43,775 nucleotides of DNA, taken from positions 151,953,631-151,997,405 of the forward strand of contig NC_068982.1 of the NCBI RefSeq assembly GCF_001194135.2, given 5' to 3'. A program made the translations under genes and the position numbers. This DNA comes from Octopus bimaculoides (Eukaryota). The notes beneath the pieces were generated by a model. The model had not been told where the DNA came from and ran no database searches. It worked only from the letters and a program-made list of their open reading frames with translations. Positions 9,803 through 21,840 of this stretch are shown here, in pieces (within the stretch, counting starts at the first letter, position 1; each line of letters starts with the position of its first letter).

Positions 9803-11908
9803 ATATAGTAATCATATCTTCCTCAAATTACAGCCTAGTGGTACATGCATGTATACACTTATTGACCATAGATGGATGTTTCTACGATGTCGATGGGCCT
9901 GTTAGAAGTAGCAGCTAAATTTCTCTCAAAATTATTTCAGTTTATGATGTATAAAGGTTAATGAATGCTTGAGCTGATAGAAATAGTAGACGAATCCCTC
10001 TCAAATTACACCGTACGTATCTATTCAATGCAGCTGCGTTTTGGCGTCTCGCTTCAGGGAAAGTTGAAAGGTTACCTGCAGTTTAGGTCTCAGCCATAAA
10101 ACAGCATGTCTTGGAATATTTACACTTACGTCCCCGAAAATAAATTTTCAGAATTTTGAAAAAGTCGCGTTTTTTTTTGTTTTTTTTTTGTGTGTGTGTT
10201 TCAGTGTATATTCACATTTATATTAATAATCATTAGTGCACTTGGATATGTCAGTAAATATCTAAGTGACAATCTGGAAAATCTAAGATTTTTAGAAATA
10301 GAACAAGACTAGCTAACATGCACTTTACAGCTACAATCTATAAGTGGAACAATAAAAATATGCAAGACTTACATAAGTTCAAAAGTAACCATTATCACCG
10401 TTGTTATCCACATTCCAGCAATAAAGCTTTTGTTTCTTTGTTAAGAACCAGCTCCCTTCAAGGAAGAATTCTAATATATGCACAGCACATACATGCCTCT
10501 ATGTACATGCATACTTACAAAAAAAACATGCATGCAAGTTCACACTCACGCACGTGTACACACTTAGACATACACATGCATACATACACATACAATATCT
10601 GCATGCTGACATGCGTATATACAGACAAAAAAAACAAACAAACAAATAAAGCACTTTCAAAATGTTTCAGAAACTTAATGTTTTTTACATCTTATAAAGA
10701 AAAATGTTTCTTTCTGTTCTTTTGCTTTTGCTTTAAATTGAATGGTTTTTCCAGACAGGTTAATATGAACAAGCTTTCTTGGATTACTTCTTGCAAATAT
10801 AAAGATAGGATATAGTAGAATGTATATAATATTTGGTATCCTATCTGTCTCTCGAGACTTTACAGATTCTGGATCTAAAGACATTATTAAGATATCAACT
10901 ATTCTTTTATTCCTATGGCATTGTTGCATTGAGCAAAATACATTTGTGTATTTTCAGCATTTCCATATTTACATTTTTTGTTAGTGCCCAGAGGATAATG
11001 TAGTGTTTAGAAATGCTTCTAACAAGAGTTATTTATAATGGGATTACTATCTTTACTATAAAGTTATACGAATGTTCTCCTCTCATTTCTTGCTTTGATA
11101 GTTTTTTTTTTAATGGTTTTCTTCATTTCTGATATGTAAGTGATTAGAGATGTATATTACCAGATCTTATTGCAATTCTTTTTATTCAATATGATTACCT
11201 GCTAAGTCTTCATAATTATCAATACTTTTGGGCTTAGCAAAGATTACTGTCATACATTTTCTTCTGAATTTCAATATATTCCATTTGATCACATGATTAT
11301 AAAGAACACTATTTTCAAATATATAGCATTTGTATTGCTGTTTTATCTTTTTTATATTCTAAGCTATAACTTTCTTTAAAAATTATGTATCCATCATCAC
11401 TTTAGTTTTTCCGTTTTTAATTTCTCTTTGTTAAGGACCAACTCACTTTATTAATTTCATCAGCACATATCAGAATATTTAAAGGGAAATCTGGGATTAA
11501 TCCTATTTCTTTTGATTTAGTACATTATAAATTTGTTTGCATTTGGTGTCCATGATGATGAAGAAACAATGTTGTTACCAAAAGATATTATTTACCATTT
11601 GCAATTTGAATTCATTAAGTTTTACACTAACTGCTAACAAAAAGAGCAAATCAGTGTTCATACTGGGAGAAAATATTTGCCTTTAGAGATCAAGCATTTA
11701 AATCCACAAGAAACACAAATGCTACAGTCCTGACTATCATTAAATAGTTGTTGGTAGGCATAAGAGAACAAAATGAGATATTATTTCCTCCTTTTCATTT
11801 TTTCCATCATTTCTATTCTCAAAATACTCTCTTGAAATTTTGCTGTTTGGTCAGACTTACCACAATAACTCTGCAAGTATTTGCTATTGATTCTAATCAA
11901 CTAGAGGT

Positions 11909-12013
11909 GGCTGAGGCTAGTTGAGGCTGACTAAGGCTGGCTGAAGCTGCTAAGGGTGACTAAGATTGGTTGACACAGCTGAGATAACTAAGATATCTGA
12001 GCAGCTGAGCAGC
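11909..12013. repeat. Degenerate decamer minisatellite (GRCTRAGGCT-like)
   Basis: ggctgaggct/agttgaggct/gactaaggct/ggctgaagct, then decaying units. Confidence 0.75.
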
Positions 12014-13447
12014 CATTTACCACTTCTACTACTCTGAAAAACTACAGAAATATATTCAAATTGATATGATTTTAATAATTGTAAAAATAATAGCAAATTC
12101 TTGATTTAAAAAATAAACATCTTATAACTCATTGTTTTTGCTATCCAGTTATTTTTACTTTTTAATTTCAAAATAAATTAAGACAAATTGAATGGCAAAA
12201 AAAAAGAAGCAACAAAGAATTTCTTGAAACACAAAATCTAAACATAAACAAAATAATCAAAATAATAAGAGTCAGAGCTTCTTTGAAAAATTTTCAATTC
12301 TATTTAGTAAAATGAGTAAAAGAATACATGTAGAGTCCATAAAAATAGATCTTTGAAAAATACATCTTTTTTACTTTTGTTGCTATTATCTTTTAAATGG
12401 TAAACTGTGAATAAATGACTGCTGGCTCTTTATAATGAAAACAAATAATCTGAATTTTTGTCACATACATATTGATTTTTTTTAATACATTTTAATGTGG
12501 AATAATAGACAGATTTCACTTGTGAAAAAAACATTTGTACTGCAGTTTCATTTGAATTGAGAACAAGCTTATAAACTATTGACAAAACCAAACTAAATCT
12601 GCTATAACAACTAGCTTATCAATGTTGAATTCAAACTGTTTTTCCACCAAATAAAATATGGATTGAAGCAAACTTTTTAATCTAGTATAAATTACTTCAT
12701 TTAAAACAGAAACTGATTTTTTTGTCTAAATGAAAATATTTTTTATGCTTTTAAATACTTTTTTTCAAACACACAAGCATACATCATCATCATCATCATC
12801 CATCCATCCATCCATCCATCCACACACACACACACACTCGGACTTGTTTGTTAGCTATAAATCAGCTGTAAATGTGATAAGGCTTATAAGCTTACTATTA
12901 ATTGAGCAGCTTTCTCCAGTCTAAGTGCCTGTACAAGTCCATATATGTACAAGAATCTATCAGCAGCAGCAATATTTTACGTAATTTTTTTTTCCATGCT
13001 TTTATGGCCTGTTGCAGTCTGAGTCAGCTTGAATGCACAGTAATAGAAAATACCAGCTAACTTTGGTATTGTGTATATCTTGCAGTATAGTTTAAGTGTT
13101 TTATTATTCTACACATACTAGAGACGTTGTGCTATACAGAATGACTGCATTGCTTCTTACTCAAAGTTATTGTTCTTTTAGATGGATAGACTGTGATTGA
13201 ATATGTAGACAACATATCATGTTCACATGCTCGTGTATTCTGTTTTTGGCCTGGTTTCTATAATTGGATACCTGTTGTACCATCAACCATTTTATATACT
13301 GTACTGGGTGCTTTTTATGTAATATCAGCAGCAGTAAAGTCACCAAGTAACTTGCAGGACAAAACCTTTCAAATGGGAGAGGGAATTGTATTAAGGGACA
13401 GAAAAGGTGTCTTGCATTAGAATAGAAACATGGCTACCTAAAATGGG

Positions 13448-13498
<51 letters not shown>
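13448..13498. repeat. Compound (GA)n(GACA)n microsatellite
   Basis: Read directly. Confidence 0.95.
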
Positions 13499-13499
<1 letters not shown>

Positions 13500-14160
13500 A
13501 GAGAAGGATGATGAAGATGTGACAGGAAGGGGTGACAGCATTAAATTGTGGGTGAGGGGGAAGTGCACATGGATTCTACTTAGCTGAGTGTGTCTTCTCA
13601 AGCACAGCAATAATCAATTGTCTCAGTCCTTGGTTGTCACTTTTGAAGATCCTTTCTCTCTATTTCATTCCATGTCTTCCTGGGTTCCAGAGTTTGAAGG
13701 AAAGTTTGCTTTGGTATTCATCAACATGATGACTATGTAACGACTCTGAATATACTCTAGAAAATGCAGTTAATGAACCCTTTAGGGAAGCGACATTTTA
13801 ATGCCCCTGTTTTGTAATGAGGTTGCCATTTTCATTGTTGAGCAGTGGCTCTACAAAAATAACTTAATCCTGCAGAAGAAGCATGGGCAGAAGTATTTCT
13901 TTTCCTATACTTTAATGATCAGATCAAGTAGAAGTCTACTTCATCACTTTTTTGCCAATTTAATCAGTTTATAGTGGATATATATGCAAAGATGGAATTG
14001 GAATCAAAGCATCAGCAAAGTACATTCTGTTGTAAAATTTTGAGCCCTATAACATATCCTATAACACCCTCCACACATACTTTTCCTATAAAAATTGATT
14101 TTCATCTGTTCATCATGGTCAGTGTCAAGTACCTTGTAGGTAACTTTATTTGAATCCAGT

Positions 14161-14580
14161 ATCGTCATGTTTTAATGTGAGTCATCTAGAGTTATCTCCC
14201 CTGTCACGTCGTTAACAACTAGGTGGCGCTCGTTAGATAGATATAAAAAGATGTGCACAGCCAAGTAACATCTTCTTCACCTCTCCCATGCAGCCTGCAG
14301 CTAACTACATCTTCTACATCTCTGTTCCTGCTACGGGACAACCTTGTGTTGATTTGAATTTTGTTAAATCCTCTATATCATTCATGGAAGGCGGCAAAAC
14401 AAAATCCTTTTCTTATTCAACTTCCATTCTGTTCTGTTGAATGTTAATATACAAGCTGTGTAAAATGTTCTCATCCCGGATCGGAATAAATACTCCATGT
14501 ACATGAAATCTTCGAAAACTCATACGAGTTGCTGCTGTTCCTCACTGGATTAATTCCTACAGCTATCGAAGGATGAACGA
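14161..14580 (+). promoter_or_regulatory. CpG-retaining island with AP-1, CRE-like, CTCF-like and TATA motifs (candidate intronic regulatory element or solo LTR)
   Basis: TGAGTCA 14178-14184; GTCACGTC about 14203-14210; CAACTAGGTGGCGCT 14216-14230; TATAAAA 14242-14248; 13 CpG in 420 bp. Confidence 0.4.
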
Positions 14581-15026
14581 ACATTATATGAAATTAGTGG
14601 GCTAAAAGCTTGCTAAAACCTTAATGTTAGCAGTTTGAACTGGTCTGCAAAGATTATTACAACTGCCCACTTCTGCTCTGATTAATTCATTAAACAAAGA
14701 GTAAAGAAAAAATCCCAAGAATGAAAAATATCTGAAAATTGTCTATTTACCAAGTATCTACTATCTGACCCTTCAAACACAAACACACACACTCACACAA
14801 ATTTGGTAGATCACACAATAATAATAAAAAAGAACTCAATTCATGAGTACATGTATTTTTTCAATTTCAATCAATTGAAAGTTATAAAAGAGGCTCAATG
14901 CTGAAAGTTTCATTCATGGTACTTTGATAAGCACCATGCATAAAACTGAAGCCATCAAGTCACTTGCTTAACATTTTTCCAATTAGAAACAAAAAGTATG
15001 TACACACACATGTGTGTGCACACACA

Positions 15027-15065
<39 letters not shown>

Positions 15066-17797
15066 TATTTCATTATAAATCCCTTTTGTAATGAGCTGAT
15101 ATTTGAGCTGAACATCAGTATTGATTTGATGTCTAGCCATTAATTCCAAACAGAACATAAGAATCAATAGAATGTCTAGTCATGAAGGGGTTTATTCTTT
15201 GGAATTTAGATAATCAATTAAGTGTTTGGTTTGTTATGAGACTGCTTTTTAAAATAGTCTTTCTTCTGGTTTTACAGCAAATAATTTTAGATTTAAGCAA
15301 AAAAAAATAGAATAACTGTTCTAGTAAGTTTTCAAAGTAAATAAGTGACACAGATGCAGACCACTTTAATCATCATCGTCGCCATCATCAATGAACATTC
15401 ATTTTTCCATATTTGAATTAGTCAGGTGGGATTTGTTGAAACAGATTGGGTCAGTTCTTATTCAGATTTATTGCCCTATAGATTACATTTCACTCATACA
15501 TTCCATTTTTAACCAGTTTTCTATAGTCGGACGCTTATTCGAACAACAACCATTTTAAGGAGTGTATTGGGTGAATTTAATGTGACACGAACACTAGTGA
15601 TAGTGTCCTATTTTCAGTAAAACTAAAGAATCCTACAATCCTATGTTGTCTCTTTCATAGCTCCAACATTAATGAAGTTATGTTGTCTCCTCCAAAACTA
15701 GAGGGTCTACTCTACATTTTTTTCATTCATTGAAAGCAAGTTAGATCAAGAGAGAGTGATTAGAAGAATACAATGACCAAGAGGGTAGATGAAAAAAGTG
15801 TAAGTATGCATGCAATGTGAAGAAACAAAGTTAAAAGATAGAGGGGGTGATAGAGAAGTTGGTAAGAGAAGTTGAACAGGAATAGTTGTATATTTTGCTG
15901 TTGGTAGAGATTGAATAGGGAAACAAACATGATTGACATGATGGGATAGCATTAAATATAAATTAAGTAAGAGGGCTCTTTAGTTGTTTACCTTGTATTT
16001 TGAGGATCCTACTTCCAGGATTTCTTTCCATTTATGGATCAGCTCATTAGTAATGTGTAACGCAAGAGATGTGGGTGTCATGCTTGGGGTTTTCAGAAGG
16101 AGAAGAAAGTTTCACATGAATGTTTATATATTTTCATCATCTTCCCCATAATCCTCATCACTATTCGTATCATATTATTTTATCATTTTAACATTTGATA
16201 TTTAATAATGGTGTATGTCAGATGGCTCTGTCATATTATTTCCACAATCTTATACACATTGACATCTGGCCAATATTTTTATTGAAATGCCTTTCCTGGA
16301 TATCCCTGTTATATCCATCTTGTCCTGTCACAGCTTCTCACTACTTCAGAGCTATCTTTCACTGTCATAGCTACATGTTACTGTCACATCTACCTTCTAC
16401 TATCACATCTGCCCACTACTCTTCCAACAACCATCTATTCTTACAGTTATCCTGTCATATTGCAAGTGGCTTCTATCATCACCACTCTTTCACCCAATAC
16501 TCATTGTCCATTCTTATTCCATGACCAGTGCTATAATCTCTCCTATGTAGAGAAAACAAAAAGAATGTTTTTCTCACAGGAAAACTGTGTGCAAGTACCA
16601 CCACTTAGGTGGGTAAGGTATGCCAATATGAGTTATCTAGAGTTAGTCAGCAACAAAAGAAGGCTGTTCAACTGATTAGCAAAGTCTCATTCACAAACAC
16701 TATATCCACTGAGCTACAATTATACTAACTCTCCTTCCTGCCTATTTTATTGCCACAACAATAAGCTTCACACTTCCTATTTGGCCGGTTGCATGCAATC
16801 TTGACCAAAGCACACTCAACACATTCATTTTTATTCTTTGGGCTAGCCGTTCCACATCATACTCATCAGGTCAGGCCAGGCCATGCACTAATAACCCTCC
16901 CAATCCTTCCTTCCTTCCTGCTGTTCTGATCATCTCTTCTTAGGCAATTTTTTTGCTGATAGACATTAGCTTTCAAAAGATAAACATCAACCATATCAAT
17001 CTCAGCAGTTTCAGAAAACCTGAAAAGGTCACAAGCATTTTCTCTCTCTCTTGATTAAACCATAACAAAGAAGGGAACTTCATCACTGAAATTAAAATTT
17101 TGACCATAGGCACAACACATTACTGTAATGTGTTGATAATGTGCTCTGTCTATGATCAGATTGCAAAAATTTGAGTGGCCAAGTCCACCAAATTCGCTAA
17201 ACACACACACACACATGAGTGTGTTTGTGTATAAATTTAAGTATGTATAGGCGTATGTGTGTGCATATATGAATATAAAGGAATGTTTATGTGTGTAAGC
17301 ATGTGTTCATGTGCACATATGTGCATCTGTGTAGAAATATGGCTGTGTGTAGTTGTGTGTATATGTATGAGTATATGTGTGCACACATATGTGTATGTAT
17401 GTGAGTATAGTATTCTAAAGAACAGATTCTACATAAAAGTTATCAAGAGACAATGGATTCAATCTAATTAGTGCAATTTAACCCTTGATTAATGCCAGAA
17501 CAAAAGGTTTAATACTTCTATTGTCATATTGTTCATTGAGGCATGATGGAATGGATGAGAAAGGATTTACAATTGTTCTGAAAATCACATCAGTAAACTC
17601 TAACTGAAAATAGACTGCAAAATTATTGATTTTGCAACGAATATTTATAATGTTTCCGTAATAGACTTCCATTTTTTCAAAAAACTTTACAAATAGACTG
17701 TAAAAAGTATTGTGATTTGAAATATTATGCATCTACATTAACTATATGATATACATATATATATACACACACATATATATGTATACTATCATCAGCT

Positions 17798-19396
17798 TCA
17801 TCATCATCATCATCATCATCATTTAACACCCATATTCCATGTTGGCATGAGTTGGATAGGTGCTGGTGAGTCTAGGAGCTGCACCACGTTCCATAGTCCG
17901 TTTTGGCTAGATTTCTAAAGCTGGCTGCTCTTCCTAATGCCAACTACTTTACAGAGTGTACCAGGCGCATTTTACATAGTACCAGTACTAGTACTTTTTA
18001 TGTGACACCAGTACTTTTTACATGGCACCAGCACCAGTACTTTTTACATGGCACCAGCACCAGTGCTTTTTATGTGACACCAGCACCAGTGGCCTGCATA
18101 GGCAAGCATTACCAGGGCGGTTTTAGGATATCGATTCTGTTTTTCTGTGATGGGCAGGTCATCTTGAGCACTGCAATGCACCACATACCTCAGTCCTTTG
18201 TCATCTTCTTTGTAAAGAAGCCCAGTATTTTGAGATCAGCTTTCAGTACCTCATCCTATGCCTTCCTGGGCATCCTCTTTAAGTTATCACCACTTCTTTA
18301 TGCAACTGTCTTCATCCATACACATTAACATAACCAAATCAGCATAGTCTTATCTCTAGCACACTGATTCTCATTCTTCTCATGCCTAACTTTTCCCTCA
18401 ATGCACTAGTGCTCTGTTGCACATGTTCACTGATATTGCACATCCAGCAGAGCATGCCAGCTTTGTTTCTCTATAGTCTTCACATGCCCTCTGCATTCTG
18501 GGCCCACATCTTACTACCATGTAGCATTGCAATCCATACACATACATCATACAGTCTTCCTTTCACTCAGAGAGAGAGAGAGAGACCTTTGGTTGTCAAC
18601 AGAAGTAAATGCTCTCTGAACGTACTCCATCCTATTCTTATTCTAGCAGTTTCACTATTGGCACATGCTCCTACACTGCAAATTAGGTTTTCTAAGAAGC
18701 AGAAATTATCTAATACTTCCAGAGCACCTCTCGAACATTTGAAGAAATCAGTTTCCCATGTATCAGTACATGGTTCCTGTACATTTTCCACACACAAACA
18801 CTACTCTCTCTGTTAACTCTCCTACTATTTCACTGCATCTCTTGTGTGGCCAAAGCTTGCACTGTGTACAACAAACAGAATGTTTTCCTACACCTTTCCA
18901 ACTCATTGAGCATGGCCATTTATCTGAAGTGGGTTGGGCCCTGTCTAATTTCTTACTAGGACCTACGTCTTTGTTAAGTTAACTTTAAGACTTTTCATTC
19001 CAGGTTTTGTTTACACACCTGAAATTTCTTTTCTAGTTCTATAACAAAATCTGTTATGAAGGCAAGATCAACAGCATATAATAGTTCCCATGGGCTTCCA
19101 GTCTTAAATTCTTCTGTTATGGCCTGGAAAATGATGATGAATAGGAGGGATTGAGGGCAGGCCCTTGGTGAACACCTAACTGTACACCAAATTTTTCACT
19201 GTACTCATTGCTAACTCTTACCTTACTAATAGCACTTCTGTACATGGCCTGTACTGCTTTCACAAACCATTTATCTATTCCTAGCTTCCTCAGAGTCCAC
19301 CATATCACAGTGCAAGGTACTCTGTCAACGGGTTTCTTCAAGTCAACAAATACAATGGATTATTCTCAGCTAAAAACTTCTCTTGCACTTGTCTGA
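17798..19396 (-). mobile_element. RTE-clade LINE, 5'-truncated, with RT remnant and (GAT)n tail
   Basis: Minus-strand RQVQEKFLA..FVDLKKPVDRVP..WWTLRKLG..KVRV..GVHQG and EVLDNFCFL..ARIRIGWSTF; (CAT)n on + at 17798-17821. Confidence 0.85.
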
Positions 19397-19419
19397 TATA
19401 TATATATATATATTATTAT

Positions 19420-19610
19420 GATTGACCGTTGACTGAACACTATTCAATTTTTTTTCTCCGTATTTTTCTCCTTGTCTCCATATTCTTTCTGTTGAAGAGC
19501 GTAGCTCGAAACGTCAAAGACTTTCCGTATTCCCGAGCGTCATACTAATATATACTTTTGTTATTTACACCACCTGTCCTCGTCTGTTGTTATTATTTGT
19601 ATATTCTCCC
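19420..19610 (+). mobile_element. Penelope pLTR-like non-autonomous repeat carrying a hammerhead motif
   Basis: CpG-retaining block that shares the 3' motifs TTCCYGAGCGTC and GTCCTC..TGTTGTT with the element at 29735-30030. Confidence 0.55.
19484..19520 (+). ncRNA. Minimal type I hammerhead ribozyme motif (A6U core variant)
   Basis: UCUUU-CUGUUGA-A-GAGC GUA GCUC-GAAA-CGUC-AAAGA. Stem I has 5 perfect bp, stem II has 4 bp, stem III is the palindrome ACGU, and the cleavage triplet is GUC. Confidence 0.7.
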
Positions 19611-19989
19611 ATATATATATATATANNNNNNNNNNNNNNNNNNNNNNNNNNNNNNNNNNNNNNNNNNNNNNNNNNNNNNNNNNNNNNNNNNNNNNNNNNN
19701 NNNNNNNNNNNNNNNNNNNNNNNNNNNNNNNNNNNNNNNNNNNNNNNNNNNNNNNNNNNNNNNNNNNNNNNNNNNNNNNNNNNNNNNTATATATGTAGAG
19801 AGAGAGAGACAGAGAATTGTATAGGATACAATTATATATCTCTATATATGTATTTTACTATAAAGGTAAACACACAAAGGTAAAATTTTGCAGTCTATTT
19901 TCAGTTAGAGTTTACTGATGTGATTTTCAGAACAATTGTAAATCCTTTCTCATCCATTCCATCATGCCTCAATGGACACACCCACGTGC

Positions 19990-20415
19990 ACATTGTGCTT
20001 CCAGAATCTCAGTTTCACTGAGGTGGGTGAATTTCTTGAGAATCATATATTGCCAATCATCCTGGTCCTTTGTCATCTCCTTTGTGTTGTTCAAGGTTCA
20101 CCACTTCATGCTATGTCTTTCTGGGTCTCCTTCTTCTGCAAACTCAACCCACTTTAAGTGAGCAGTACTACTTTACACAGCTGTCCTCATCCATATTGTA
20201 TCACATGTCCATATCAACACAGTTTTCTTTTTTGAGCAAATATCTGATTCCTCTTGTACCCAGTTTTTCTCTTAACACATTTGTATTTTGTCATTTATGC
20301 ACATTTACATTGCAAATCCAGCAGATTGTGCTAATTTCATTTTCCTCCCATCTTCTCAAGTCTTCTACATTCAAGGCCTGTCTCACTACAGCATCTTAGT
20401 TCTAACACATACACC
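19990..20415 (-). mobile_element. Degenerate RTE LINE C-terminal fragment
   Basis: Minus-strand MDEDSCVK..RPRKT..EVVK..MTKDQDDWQY, matching the other RTE copies here. Confidence 0.7.
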
Positions 20416-20446
20416 ATGTAATGTGCCATTCAATCTCATGAGTAGA

Positions 20447-20480
<34 letters not shown>

Positions 20481-20740
20481 CACATGCGTGTGTTTATGGC
20501 ATGTTTTTCATTGCTAGAACACTTGGTCATAAATTAACAGAATTATCTAAACAGCAAAATAAGATTATTACTTTTACAACTTTTACTTCTGAATCAGAAA
20601 AATTTTTGTTAAGTAATTTTCCTGAACAAAATCTCTAGTTTTTATATATGTTATTTTAATATTAAGGTGCTTAATTCACCTTACTTCATATGTCAATTTA
20701 TTCATTGTATTTTATTGTTTTCTTTCTTCTTTTTATCCAG

Positions 20741-20908
20741 GTGTCATCACAAATGATTTTGCAGACGAAATCATATTAGATCCAAAACTCATAGCCAAAC
20801 ATTATATAAGAACATGGTTTTTCTTGGACCTCATAAGCTCAATTCCAATGGACTATATCTTTCTCATGTGGGACACTGAGGCTAACTTCAATCAATTGTT
20901 CCATGCAG
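20741..20908 (+). CDS. HCN: HCN (Ih) hyperpolarization-activated cyclic nucleotide-gated channel, internal coding exon (S2-S3 linker, S3, S3-S4 linker); phase 1 at both ends
   Basis: Pyrimidine tract plus CAG acceptor at 20740 and CAG|GTACGC donor. Translation (G)VITNDFADEIILDPKLIAKHYIRTWFFLDLISSIPMDYIFLMWDTEANFNQLFHA(G) matches the HCN signature ILDPK.I...Y...WF..D.ISSIP.DYIFL. Not in the supplied ORF track. Confidence 0.96.
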
Positions 20909-20941
20909 GTACGCGAATGGATGTATCCCAATACTGGCAAG
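20909..20941 (+). CDS. HCN: Candidate in-frame exon extension through an alternative 5' splice site (+11 aa, GTRMDVSQYWQ)
   Basis: 33 nt, stop-free, ending at CAAG|GTGATC in the same phase; composition turns AT-rich soon after. Confidence 0.5.
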
Positions 20942-21059
20942 GTGATCATTCTCGTTTTTTTAATTAATATTTCATTCCAAATTTCACTATAAAAAGTCAT
21001 ATAACTTCCTCATTTCACTTAATTTTTAAAATTCTTCTTTATATGTATTGTTTTTTAAA

Positions 21060-21840
21060 CACTCTCATGGCCATCATCAACACCACCATCATTATTATAA
21101 TCCTCTTTGTTGTCAGAAACCACATCATTAGCATTATCAATATCAGCATCAGCATTATAATCATTAACATCATCATTATCATCTTCACCAACATCATCAT
21201 CATTATTACAGTCATCTTTCATCGTTGTTGGCTTTAATCATCATTAGCATTAGCAAGATCATTGTCATTGTCATCATCATTATCATCATCTTCACCATTA
21301 TCACTGTCATTGAAATCATAAAATTGCTAACTTTGATCTATTTTTCATTAGTATTACATGACTGAACATTAATTATCATCATTTCTGACCTTTAAAATAT
21401 TAACAACAAAAACAGAAACAAAACTGAGACAACATTAGTAAAAAAAAAAACAACTGCTAAAATAACAACAACAACAACAACAACCATAATAATATTATTA
21501 ATATTTTGTTTATTATCATTATCATCATCCTAGTAATCATCTTAATTACCCTTGTCACTTATTTGATTCTCATGAACTGTTATTTCTACAATTATTGACA
21601 CTCATTGTTATTTACCATTATTCATCACCATCATCACCACCATCACAAACATCAGCAACAGCAGCATCACCATCTTCCTAATTTCCATCATTATTACCAA
21701 CATGACCATCATCACCATTATCACCACAACTACCATGATGATAATGATAATCATCATCATATTCATGATCACCATCATCATCACCATCATCATGATCACA
21801 GTCATTATCATCATCATTATCATTACAGCTACCACCAGTA
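21060..21840. repeat. Cryptic (ATC/CAT)n low-complexity region
   Basis: Degenerate trinucleotide blocks near 21060-21310 and 21620-21840. Confidence 0.9.

Noticed and set aside
14288-14440. 50-aa ORF downstream of the TATA motif
   Set aside because: Length expected by chance; no recognisable motif.
16200-16980. Possible further LINE remnants (RMDNEYWVKE-like on the minus strand)
   Set aside because: Too decayed to assign boundaries or family.
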